DNA from: a virus
IMG/VR virus record: IMGVR_UViG_3300020410_000948
Span: 29,807 to 93,806 of that record
Length of the DNA stretch: 64,000 bases
Direction: 5' to 3' (one strand)
In this document: positions 9,383 through 18,850 of the stretch, one piece after another
How the letters are laid out: the number at the start of each line of letters is the position of its first letter
Position numbering within the stretch: position 1 is the first letter of the stretch
Notes under the pieces: model-generated
Told to the model about the DNA's origin: nothing
Seen by the model: the letters and a program-made list of their open reading frames with translations, nothing else
Database searches by the model: none
Position numbers and translations under genes: made by a program

Positions 9383-10312
9383 TTATAGGTACTCTAGAGA
9401 TACATACAGTCCATATGATGTTTTCGATCCAATACTTAGCGGTGAAGCCGAGATACCAACATACCAAGTATGTCGCTTAGCTAACCCAGTACCACCATAA
9501 GTGTTAGTCGTAGTCTTTGCTCCAAGATTAGGACAGTCGTCAGGACGATTGCTATTATCATAGTATTGTAACCATTTAGGTTGCACAGCAGAGACAGTAC
9601 TATTAATCGAGTTAAGGAAAAATCCTCCACTTCCGGGAGAGTTAAACAAAGGCACAACAACGCCAGTACCACCAACAGTTTCGGTGTCACCAGTTACAGT
9701 GCCAAGTCTAGAGTCTCCATTACCCTGCCCAGCAGTAGCTTCTGTCTGAGTAAAGTTTGAGAATTTAACTCCAGAAGAGTTTGTGTAGAAATCTTGACCT
9801 GCTCTAACTGGACCAGAATCTGGCCAAGGAGATCCCCACCAAAACATGTCACCAGAACCGTAAAAGTTACTGTTCATAGCTACGTTATCTTGACCATTAG
9901 CTGATATCCAAGCGCTTGTTGTTTTGCCATCAAAGTTTACGAGCTCACAAACCTTAGTGACAACACCAGAAGCTGGATTATTAATATTAACTCTATCGTA
10001 TATTTTTAGTTGGCAATTCTGTACATTAACATCAGACGTGTGGTCGAAGTTAATATGGAAGGTTCTATTACCAGAATTTATCTTGCTTAAAGGAATACCA
10101 GATCCTACAGCTTGTGAGTTACCAGTAGCTGGAACTTCGTATTTAATGTTGTTTGCTGCTGGGCCTTGAGAGGTTCCCGCAGAATTAGTTACAAATGTTC
10201 TGTCTTGGAAAGACCCAATTTGAACTGAGGAGCCAAACGTTGACCCATAGAAGCCCAGTCCTGAGCCGACAATATTCTCTTGATTGTCTATACCAAATGT
10301 TATTTCTGCCAT
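9383..10312 (-). CDS. Gly/Ser/Thr-rich probable virion protein
   Basis: 309 aa, strong RBS (AAGGAG), its own copy of the TGTGTAT motif upstream. Confidence 0.6.
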   Translation of the reverse strand: MAEITFGIDNQENIVGSGLGFYGSTFGSSVQIGSFQDRTFVTNSAGTSQGPAANNIKYEVPATGNSQAVGSGIPLSKINSGNRTFHINFDHTSDVNVQNCQLKIYDRVNINNPASGVVTKVCELVNFDGKTTSAWISANGQDNVAMNSNFYGSGDMFWWGSPWPDSGPVRAGQDFYTNSSGVKFSNFTQTEATAGQGNGDSRLGTVTGDTETVGGTGVVVPLFNSPGSGGFFLNSINSTVSAVQPKWLQYYDNSNRPDDCPNLGAKTTTNTYGGTGLAKRHTWYVGISASPLSIGSKTSYGLYVSLEYL

Positions 10313-10348
10313 TATATTCTCCTTATGATATCTAGAAGCACCTATGTA

Positions 10349-10362
10349 TTATAATACACAAT
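10349..10362 (-). promoter_or_regulatory. Putative late promoter
   Basis: TTGTGTATTATAA on the - strand, about 40 nt upstream of the 10312 start. Confidence 0.6.
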
Positions 10363-10388
10363 ATGCCTGCCTTAACTCCATTTTTTTT

Positions 10389-10805
10389 CTATTTTCGACC
10401 GCAATTACACCCTCCTTCGGTGCGACTGTATGGGCCCCATTTAGCAAGAGGACATGCCTCAGACGCCCAACCTGCCTTCATTTCAACGAAACACCCACAT
10501 TCAGAGCACCTAGATCCCTCAAGCTTGTCACAAGAACTGCATATTTCCAACCTACTGTTCTTAACATGTTGAGGGGCGCTTTGCGCACCATTAGCTACGT
10601 GTTTGGTCACAGATGTAGCAAAGTTCTTAGCCTGCCTAATCAAAGATGGCATCTTTTTCTTTTTGTTTGTCTGGCTTGGCTGTTTTGGCTTCTTCGTGGT
10701 TTTTCGCCCAGATGCGCCGGGCGATATAACAAAACCACAGTTCTCACACCTGCAAGACTGTCCAACCTGACATGAGTTCCTATAATTGCATCGTTTGCAT
10801 CTCAT
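10389..10805 (-). CDS. Small Cys-rich metal-binding protein (DUF6171-like C-terminus)
   Basis: 14 Cys; RLEICSSC...CSECGCFV.MKA....ACPLAKW. Confidence 0.6.
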   Translation of the reverse strand: MRCKRCNYRNSCQVGQSCRCENCGFVISPGASGRKTTKKPKQPSQTNKKKKMPSLIRQAKNFATSVTKHVANGAQSAPQHVKNSRLEICSSCDKLEGSRCSECGCFVEMKAGWASEACPLAKWGPYSRTEGGCNCGRK

Positions 10806-11122
10806 TCCTGATATTCTCCAAATATGTCTGGCCTAAATAAGTCTGTGTCCGAAAAGTCGGGAATCACTATAAACTCATTGTTTTCATCTAATATATAACC
10901 TGTAAGAAGCATGCCACGGGCTTGTGAGAGACTTATAGTATATCTGCCTCCTCCATCTACCACCTTAAAATTTATTAGATCCCTACCGTAAGATTGCACT
11001 GTACACGCTCTAAGCTGGTTTACCTGCCCACTAGCAAGATTAGTGTCCATTATTTTGACCTGTCTTCCTATTGGGAGGTTAGAATAAATAAAACCTTGAT
11101 AAAAGTTTATTTCTTTTGCCAT
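10802..11122 (-). CDS. Hypothetical protein
   Basis: 106 aa, GGAG RBS, ATGA overlap with the next gene. Confidence 0.6.
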   Translation of the reverse strand: MAKEINFYQGFIYSNLPIGRQVKIMDTNLASGQVNQLRACTVQSYGRDLINFKVVDGGGRYTISLSQARGMLLTGYILDENNEFIVIPDFSDTDLFRPDIFGEYQE

Positions 11123-11130
11123 TGTATCTC

Positions 11131-14100
11131 CTAATGAAGTCTTATGTCTAAGGGTATAGAATCAATAATTTTTATAGTCTTGTCTATCTCCACTTTGCTT
11201 AGTGTTCCTATATCAACAGGGACTATATTACACTTAACATTTAAGGCACAGCAAGTGTCAATTGTTGTTCCGCTTCGTATAGTGTTTCCGAAACACTCCC
11301 CCATACACTCATTACCAAACTCATCAAAAACGGCATTTCCTGATGTGGTTTGACGTTGTAATCCTCTATACCAAACATATCCATCTTTATGAGGAGATGA
11401 TTCTTCCCCACACACATAGTAGGTAACAAAACATGTATCTAGTTGATTGTCAGGAGGCTCGTCTGTATCCATGCAGACATCACAACAGGTTCCGGGCATA
11501 TCGGGCCCACCAAATTGTTGTAGCCATGGTACCGCTATATCGAACTGCTCTGACCCAGCGCACTTCATCTTACATGCAGCAACCTCGTCAGTATCGTTGC
11601 CATCCGCATCCTTTTTATAAACACACTCGGCCTCATAGTTAGGCGCACATCTACTACAATGATATAAATTCAAATCAAAGTCATCAATAGTGCTGAGTGT
11701 TGCTAGTGGGTAGGTTTCTGTACAATAGTTACCACCTATAGGTATGTATTGGTCAGGGTCGCTAACAGTGTCTTTTAAATTGCCGGCTTCGTCAAAAGCA
11801 TCCTCATCAAGCTTATGACTAAAATACATTTTTGTTCCACAAGCATACACATACTTATCTTCTGGCTCTGGAAATTCCTCCCAACACCTTTTGCCATTAG
11901 CGCCTATTTTACCCAAGTCTTCTCTATTGTCACCGAACCCTACAATTGGGGGCTTCATAGGAGCAGGGAATATCTGTTGTATATTTTCTCGATGTATCAC
12001 ATAGATATAATTGTCTTTGGCGCATATCTCTTTTACCTCTTCTCCTTCCTCATCCTCTTTTGTGCAGACCATCTCCTCTGGAACGCTATCTTTGACTTTG
12101 CCATCTTCGTCATAAATACATCTTTTAATAATATTACTATCTGGGTTTAGTTCTCCGAATGCTCCTGTTGGAAACATAAAGACATCATCTACAATTATGT
12201 CGCAATCAAAGATTCTCTGCCCTGTGTCAAAATAGGGCGGAGCGGGCGTGTAGAAAGATGAGGTAGCGCCAAGAATATCATCACGGCTATTGTACTGCCC
12301 TACGAAGAACTCTAATGATCCCTCATTACATGTCTCTACCTTGTCCATTGGGAAGCAAGAACCCTCAACTCTCAACTGATACGGCTCGCACGTAGCGTCA
12401 TTAAAGATAGCCGCGTCACAATTCTCCCAGTCTCTGGTAAGATATGGCCAACTTCCACAATGACCAAGCGCGCTTATATCATGTATATCATAACAGCCCT
12501 GTTCCTCCTCAACATTAGTCCAAGGATTTTTGCGCATTACTTTCCCGCAACGGGATCGCCCCGACAGATAGGCAAAATCTGTATTGGCTCCGAATCCAGC
12601 ACCAATCGTGTTTCCATAATGATCATAATATGTTGTATCATCACCGACTAGAAAAGGGTCATTGGCATATAAATATGTGCCAGCTTTATGAGCTTTATAT
12701 ATGTACTCTACAGCGCCGAGGCCTCCAATTAAGGTAGCTCCGTGAGCTCCGACTCCTCCGGCTGCCAATCCGAAATACCAGTCTTTGACTAGCCCCTCAA
12801 TGGTTGTGCTGTCAAAACCGCCTTTGCCTACATCTTCAGGTATTTGATTAAGTGACTGAGTAAAAGCTTTTTGGTAAATTTCTTTTAATACTACATTCAA
12901 TTCGCCTGTTTGTGTTTGCATAGCATCTACATCGACTGTATAGAAAGTTATGCCTATAAGTTGGTCTATGCCTTTGCCTGAAACAAATCCTGAGTTAGAT
13001 GTGTTGCTGTCAGATAAACTTCCATACCAATCACAAACTGTATGTGTACCGCATCTACCTCCAAAAAACTCTTGGGAGCCAGAGGTTTCGGAATCACTGG
13101 TATCGAAGCTAACCGAAATGTCATTATTTATAAGGTAGTCTAGTTTAGTTAATTCAAAAGTATCACCATCACCACCTTTTATTCTATGGCCGACTGTATC
13201 AAAATCCGTTGGGTTAGTTCTCGCATCACCACTGTCATTTTGCGCATGTAAGTGAACTCTATCGTCCTGTTCTTGTGAAGAGCTGCCACCTGAAGGCGTT
13301 CCCCTTTCCGTGTCTGTCATGGCTATATTACCATAAATGACAGGCTTACAAACTCCAACAATCTTATCTATAAGCTCTCTGTTTTGTTCGGAACAGTTCT
13401 CATCAATTGCATCTACGGGAAAATCATGCACATACGCCTCACCCCAATTACCATATTCTCCTGTTGGTTCATCCGTCTCTGGGTCTATAATTTCATTCCT
13501 AGAAAATGGCAGTAAAACACCTGTCCCGCAAGCTATGCTACCTGTTCCGGTTCCACATGAGCCACCAAACCCATCAGCACTTTCGCCAAAGCTGTCTGTT
13601 ACGTCACCGTCATGGCCTGCTATATTGGATCGCTGACCACATCCCGGTATAAACTCTTTCTCTTTGTAATCTTCCAAAAAGGCTTCAATCGCAGCCCCTG
13701 CACTCTCAAACTGATACTGCTTTTGCTGCTCACAAAAATCGCTCGCTCTTTTAACAAAAGGAGAGTCAAAAGAAGTATATGACTTACATACTGTGTGGCT
13801 AGTCATATTGCGTCCTGAAACCAGCGTTGAACATGGGACTAGATTGTAATAATGTTCTTCTGGCAGCTTAGGAAATTCTAGCACCCCACAAGCTATGCCA
13901 TTAGCGTTTTCATTAGGTTCTTCGTCTTCGTCTTCTTCGTTTACAGCAAGCTCCTCTTTGCAAAACTTACAGCAATCCTTAATCTCACCCAATGAGCCTT
14001 CGTCTTCATCTTCGTCGCAATTTTCAGGGTATTTAGGCGGCCCTAAAGAAGTTGTTGATTCTAAAGGATCTATAGTTGTCCAATATTCTTTACCTCCATC

Positions 14101-15366
14101 TCCGGGCTGATTAACCATAGCCTCACCCCAGCCCGCTTCGTGGATAACCGTGTGGTAGATTTCCCCTATTTTAGTAAATCTAGTTTGCCTTTGAACACCA
14201 AGTTGTTTTTTATATTGGGTGTTATGAAAGTATCTACCTTGACTATTCTGGTCACTACCAGCGCGTCTAGTTGGATGAGATCCTATAACATGCGGATGTT
14301 TTGAATTGCCAGATATTTGAAATTCTTGTGAGCCATCTATAGATTCACACTTACTGCGAACAAACAAGAAAAACCCTTCACCCTTATATCTATTATAGCT
14401 CTTCTCGTCTTCACTATCTTCATCCTCTTCATCGTCAGGATCGTCCTCGGTAGTATCTCCATTATCGTCTGGATTGTCTGGATCTCCGCCAATGTCTTCG
14501 TCGCCACCATCGCCTTCACCTCCAAGCTCAGCACCGCCATCGCCCAGATCTTCCTCACCATCACCTTCTTCTGTTTCTCCGGGACTATCGTCGTCAGACG
14601 AATCTTTAATCTCTTCAAGATGATCAAAGCCAAATCCGGGACTTTCCTCTACAACCAGCTCTCCACAAACGGGGAAAAAACTAAATATCTCAACTGGAGC
14701 GTAAACACTTATTGTCTCTATAGTGGTTGCAGTATTTATCATATTCTGATAGATAGTGCCCATGATAGTATCGACATCGACGAGCTTCATCTCGTTACCT
14801 TCGTCAGAAGCTACACAGTCTTGACAGCCGCCCAAAGTAATATCTTGCTCGTTAGACACTCTCTTATTATATGTCCTAAGCCATGTACAATAGCACTCTA
14901 TCTCGTCTTCTGTTGGGGGATTGGTAAATTCTCCAAATAAATGTTGGTAAATAATAGAAAGATTATACTTCGCAAATTCCCTACCTCTCGACCAAAAGCC
15001 AAGCCCAACATCGGTTGAGTACTCACAATCTTGGATGCTTTCAGCTGCAGATAGCGAGTCGCTCAGCCTTCCGCTATCTTCAAATTCTATACGTATATCA
15101 CCAAAAAAAGTGCGCACTTGGTTTTTAACTGTAACAACATCCCCTGTTGTATATCCTCCGCCAATAGTAAACTGAGGCGAAGGTGTTGACTGCATTGGCG
15201 TTTTTTCACCTATCAAACCAGTATCGAAAGCCCAAAAGTTAAACTTGTCAAAAATGTTTTTTATCTCATCGAAACACTCTGTTGTGCATTGGGGACACGG
15301 ACCAGTAAAGTCTTCTGGTCTAATTCCTGTTTGTCCATATCTAAAATATTTGTCGCCTGTTTTCAT
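11131..15366 (-). CDS. Very large acidic, Cys-rich protein (probably virion or tail associated)
   Basis: About 1411-aa ORF; ATG 15366 follows the upstream stop; dozens of Cys and a long D/E/G low-complexity linker. Confidence 0.65.
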   Translation of the reverse strand: MKTGDKYFRYGQTGIRPEDFTGPCPQCTTECFDEIKNIFDKFNFWAFDTGLIGEKTPMQSTPSPQFTIGGGYTTGDVVTVKNQVRTFFGDIRIEFEDSGRLSDSLSAAESIQDCEYSTDVGLGFWSRGREFAKYNLSIIYQHLFGEFTNPPTEDEIECYCTWLRTYNKRVSNEQDITLGGCQDCVASDEGNEMKLVDVDTIMGTIYQNMINTATTIETISVYAPVEIFSFFPVCGELVVEESPGFGFDHLEEIKDSSDDDSPGETEEGDGEEDLGDGGAELGGEGDGGDEDIGGDPDNPDDNGDTTEDDPDDEEDEDSEDEKSYNRYKGEGFFLFVRSKCESIDGSQEFQISGNSKHPHVIGSHPTRRAGSDQNSQGRYFHNTQYKKQLGVQRQTRFTKIGEIYHTVIHEAGWGEAMVNQPGDGGKEYWTTIDPLESTTSLGPPKYPENCDEDEDEGSLGEIKDCCKFCKEELAVNEEDEDEEPNENANGIACGVLEFPKLPEEHYYNLVPCSTLVSGRNMTSHTVCKSYTSFDSPFVKRASDFCEQQKQYQFESAGAAIEAFLEDYKEKEFIPGCGQRSNIAGHDGDVTDSFGESADGFGGSCGTGTGSIACGTGVLLPFSRNEIIDPETDEPTGEYGNWGEAYVHDFPVDAIDENCSEQNRELIDKIVGVCKPVIYGNIAMTDTERGTPSGGSSSQEQDDRVHLHAQNDSGDARTNPTDFDTVGHRIKGGDGDTFELTKLDYLINNDISVSFDTSDSETSGSQEFFGGRCGTHTVCDWYGSLSDSNTSNSGFVSGKGIDQLIGITFYTVDVDAMQTQTGELNVVLKEIYQKAFTQSLNQIPEDVGKGGFDSTTIEGLVKDWYFGLAAGGVGAHGATLIGGLGAVEYIYKAHKAGTYLYANDPFLVGDDTTYYDHYGNTIGAGFGANTDFAYLSGRSRCGKVMRKNPWTNVEEEQGCYDIHDISALGHCGSWPYLTRDWENCDAAIFNDATCEPYQLRVEGSCFPMDKVETCNEGSLEFFVGQYNSRDDILGATSSFYTPAPPYFDTGQRIFDCDIIVDDVFMFPTGAFGELNPDSNIIKRCIYDEDGKVKDSVPEEMVCTKEDEEGEEVKEICAKDNYIYVIHRENIQQIFPAPMKPPIVGFGDNREDLGKIGANGKRCWEEFPEPEDKYVYACGTKMYFSHKLDEDAFDEAGNLKDTVSDPDQYIPIGGNYCTETYPLATLSTIDDFDLNLYHCSRCAPNYEAECVYKKDADGNDTDEVAACKMKCAGSEQFDIAVPWLQQFGGPDMPGTCCDVCMDTDEPPDNQLDTCFVTYYVCGEESSPHKDGYVWYRGLQRQTTSGNAVFDEFGNECMGECFGNTIRSGTTIDTCCALNVKCNIVPVDIGTLSKVEIDKTIKIIDSIPLDIRLH

Positions 15367-15367
15367 T

Positions 15368-18300
15368 TTATTCCTCTTCCTCCACTCCCCAATCCAAAGC
15401 GGGTGATAGCTGCTCAAGCTCAAACTCTAGTGTTAAATAAGTTCCAAATAGATACCCAAAGTTTGGTTTTTGCGAACCCTTAAACTTTACATTGGAAGTA
15501 AATTCGGGTTCACCTTCTCCATCAAATGTCATATTATGAGCTAAATCAATTTCTCTAAGAACATTCATTATGCTAACGGCACCAGTCTGGTATACTATAT
15601 TATCAGCGTAAAACTTCTCAAATGCATCCTCCCCCGGACTATTTACGTCAGGAACAATGCAAGGAGGAATTATAGGATTTCCCAATACATCTGTTGCCTC
15701 CCTTTGTTCCTTTGTGGCAAACTTGTAGTCACAGCACGCACTTGTTGCAGACTTTTTGACGTGTTTAAAAGATATGCGAGGAGTGACAACTGCAGTGTTG
15801 TCAGACAGCAGGCATAACTTTCCAAAGCCATCATTGCTTTCTTTATCAAAAAGACCATGCAGAGGAAAAGGCTCTAACACAAATGAGTGCGGAATTTCTT
15901 TATAGTCAAGCCCGTCTGTTTTGGCAAACTCATCAAAACACTCTCTACCCCCAGCAAGAATAGTATTTCCGTCCTGCCTAGCTAGTACCTTTGCGTACTC
16001 TAAATCTTCAGGTTCAGGTGGGTCTTCTGGGCAGCGCGTTTCTTCTGGTATCTTATTCCAAGATAGGGAAGAGGTTAGTTTTATTCGAGTTGGATTTAAG
16101 TGTTCTTTTCCATCATGTGTTATGACAATAGAACCTCTTTGCAGGTCTTCTTTAACATAAGCTATGTCCTCTAAGTGTACATGTTGCCTCCTGCTCCGAT
16201 TATAGTATAAGTCTTTTTCTGGATTAATAAGGCTAATAGATCTCACTCTATAATAAAATGGATTTCTAAACATTCCATGCAAATAAGTTGTTTGTAGCTG
16301 GTATGTGCTATCGCCCATAGGATATGAAAATACATCGCTTGCAGATTCAACCTCAGACACATCAATCGGCTCATTTTCACCTCGAATATTTAGCTTCTGC
16401 GGAAGTCCCGAAGGCCCAAACTCGGCAACGCTCTGTATCTCTTTTGTTTCACATCCGCCAATAGGATACCAAACTAGGCCGTGCTCCATCATGTCCTCTA
16501 TCTTGTCAGTGGGAACCTTCCTCATGCTGCGACTCTTTACTACTATTATATCTCTAAGTCTATCATCATCAGTGGGCTCATTCATACTAGGGTTTGAAAA
16601 ATTGTTTGGAGAAGGCAACCCTGTCTTCAGATCATGACCATTAACAAGCAATGAAAGTAAAGATTGGGGCAAATAAAATGCTTCCTCGCCGTTACGCCAC
16701 AAGGGTAATAATTCATCTTTATTCTTCTCCCTTATTGTTCTTTGTTTAGTCATCTGATTTGGTGGTTCATTTTTGTCAAAAAGAAATCGCTGACGAGGGA
16801 AGGTAATATTAGTAGCAGTATCTCCAGCACCGCCGATGGGGGTGTCTATTGTTCCTGACTGTGGTTCTTCTGGCTTATTTAAATCGTCCCGATCAGGGCT
16901 CGTAGCATTATCATTCCACAGCCCAAGAGGAGCATAGGAAGTGACCATCCTTTGTGGTATATCTTTTTCAAGGTTTATCTTAACATCTGTGTAAGTAAAT
17001 GGTGCGCCTCCAAGCCAAGGCTGTTTAATTATATTATAATTATTAACAAGATCTTTCACATATTGCTCGTATTTTTCTCTTTTTTCTGTCCAGTCTTCAA
17101 GAGCCTCGGCAAAGTCATCATCTCCTCTTCTATCAATCACGGAACCTTCAGGTCCCTGCATGAAGTCTTTTCTTTCGGGTTTGTCTCCCGGATCTGGTTC
17201 TGGCCTTAAAACTCTATCTGGCTTTTGAAGAACTTTTCTATTGGGAATTATTCCGTCTCTTAATCTGCCGGAGCTATCGCTTTTTTCCCCATCATTGTAA
17301 GTTAGCGTCGAATGTCTTGGATAACGATACCCATAATGTTCAAAATCTTTCGAGGGAATCTGAGCCATTGTAGTGACATAAGGGTTAAATACGCGGAAGT
17401 CCTCACTTATAATTTCAATGCATTTAAAAGCGTGTTCATCGAGATGTCTGGCTATAACTGAATCTCTTCTAGGTATATTAGTTATAGAAATGCCTCGACG
17501 CCTTTGGCCAGATAGGACTTGGATATAATCTTCCGGGGCTGAATTGCTAGGCATCGACTGGCTCATTTGAGGTCTATTAGATGTTGTTTTGGGTCCACTC
17601 TGTCTTGGATAATCACTATAAGTAGGTCCCCAAGATGTACCATCACTGTGTTTCATAAACGGATGAGTTAGACACCAATTAAAAACATCATAACCTAAGT
17701 TAGACATTGCACTTCCAGCAACAACGCCAAATTCCTCCATAGCATTTTTGGCCGGCTCATTAATCTGCCAGCTGCTGTCAGAATCTTTTCCACCAACAAA
17801 TCTCCAGCAGAAGAGCTCGATTTTATTATCTCTCATCTCTCCCTGATAGCCGAAACTTTCACGTTCCTGTGGCTGTGGATTATATAAAAGCACATCGTCT
17901 ATTTCCATCTCCTCTACTTCGCCACCATCAATCCGCTCTAGTTTGAGCTCGTATTGTATTCTGCAAGGGATCATCCTTTTGGAACTACTAAGGATTCTCC
18001 CAACAGGCTCAAGTTGCGTTATGGTTCTTGTAGCACTTCTAAAGGTAACTCTTTTAATAACCTGTATCCGGGTTTTTACGTCATCTTCATCTTCGGGATT
18101 TATCGCATCAAGGTATGCGTCTTCCCATAACTTTAAAAGAGGTGCAGGAATTTCATTCTTTCTTGAACCAGTTCTACTTAGACATGTTCTTTCGCCTTGT
18201 AGATCTTTAAAACCAAACTGCTCGCCATGAAACCTAAATTCGATTACCTGTGGCTTTGGATTATAAGCATGGCTTACAATTATCCCTCTTTCTTCGCCAT

Positions 18301-18838
18301 TATCATCTTCAAGAGTAAGTTTTACTTTCCATCTTATAGGCATATGTTTGCCAGTACGGGCCGGACGGTTACTGGTGTCAATAGTATAATAGGAAAAATA
18401 TTCTTCTTCAAATATCTTCCAAGGAGGGTTTAGACCTTGGGGAGCAAAAGTAATCTCTGGATGGAGCCAAGGACCGCCTCGGGATTGGTATTCTGCAAAG
18501 TCTTTTTTGCACTCAGAATACTTAACTTTGCTTCTATGGTTAAACCGAAAACCTCCATGATCAAACTGTTTCTCTATGAGGCTCTCTATATACTTTCCAT
18601 AGTTCGGAAGTTTTCTAGGTAGCTCTTCTTGATTGTTGTCATCGTCAGCAGCTTGAGCGGCTTCTGCATCTTTTTCAGGATCTACATTTTCACACAGATA
18701 CCCAGCAGATTCGATCTCTATTCTGTTTTCACCTTGAACCCGTCTACCTACACGGTGCTCATAACAGACATCATATGTATCAATGATACATCCTTTTTCT
18801 GATTCTTCGCAACAGGAACTACATCCGGGCCTTCCCAT
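15368..18838 (-). CDS. Large protein with a Cys-rich N-terminus (probably virion or tail associated)
   Basis: 1156 aa, starts MGRPGCSSCC, GGAG RBS. Confidence 0.65.
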   Translation of the reverse strand: MGRPGCSSCCEESEKGCIIDTYDVCYEHRVGRRVQGENRIEIESAGYLCENVDPEKDAEAAQAADDDNNQEELPRKLPNYGKYIESLIEKQFDHGGFRFNHRSKVKYSECKKDFAEYQSRGGPWLHPEITFAPQGLNPPWKIFEEEYFSYYTIDTSNRPARTGKHMPIRWKVKLTLEDDNGEERGIIVSHAYNPKPQVIEFRFHGEQFGFKDLQGERTCLSRTGSRKNEIPAPLLKLWEDAYLDAINPEDEDDVKTRIQVIKRVTFRSATRTITQLEPVGRILSSSKRMIPCRIQYELKLERIDGGEVEEMEIDDVLLYNPQPQERESFGYQGEMRDNKIELFCWRFVGGKDSDSSWQINEPAKNAMEEFGVVAGSAMSNLGYDVFNWCLTHPFMKHSDGTSWGPTYSDYPRQSGPKTTSNRPQMSQSMPSNSAPEDYIQVLSGQRRRGISITNIPRRDSVIARHLDEHAFKCIEIISEDFRVFNPYVTTMAQIPSKDFEHYGYRYPRHSTLTYNDGEKSDSSGRLRDGIIPNRKVLQKPDRVLRPEPDPGDKPERKDFMQGPEGSVIDRRGDDDFAEALEDWTEKREKYEQYVKDLVNNYNIIKQPWLGGAPFTYTDVKINLEKDIPQRMVTSYAPLGLWNDNATSPDRDDLNKPEEPQSGTIDTPIGGAGDTATNITFPRQRFLFDKNEPPNQMTKQRTIREKNKDELLPLWRNGEEAFYLPQSLLSLLVNGHDLKTGLPSPNNFSNPSMNEPTDDDRLRDIIVVKSRSMRKVPTDKIEDMMEHGLVWYPIGGCETKEIQSVAEFGPSGLPQKLNIRGENEPIDVSEVESASDVFSYPMGDSTYQLQTTYLHGMFRNPFYYRVRSISLINPEKDLYYNRSRRQHVHLEDIAYVKEDLQRGSIVITHDGKEHLNPTRIKLTSSLSWNKIPEETRCPEDPPEPEDLEYAKVLARQDGNTILAGGRECFDEFAKTDGLDYKEIPHSFVLEPFPLHGLFDKESNDGFGKLCLLSDNTAVVTPRISFKHVKKSATSACCDYKFATKEQREATDVLGNPIIPPCIVPDVNSPGEDAFEKFYADNIVYQTGAVSIMNVLREIDLAHNMTFDGEGEPEFTSNVKFKGSQKPNFGYLFGTYLTLEFELEQLSPALDWGVEEEE

Positions 18839-18850
18839 ATTATTCTCCTA

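Noticed and set aside
10344-10775. 143-aa + strand ORF
   Set aside because: Antisense to the Cys-motif gene that is coupled into the - strand operon
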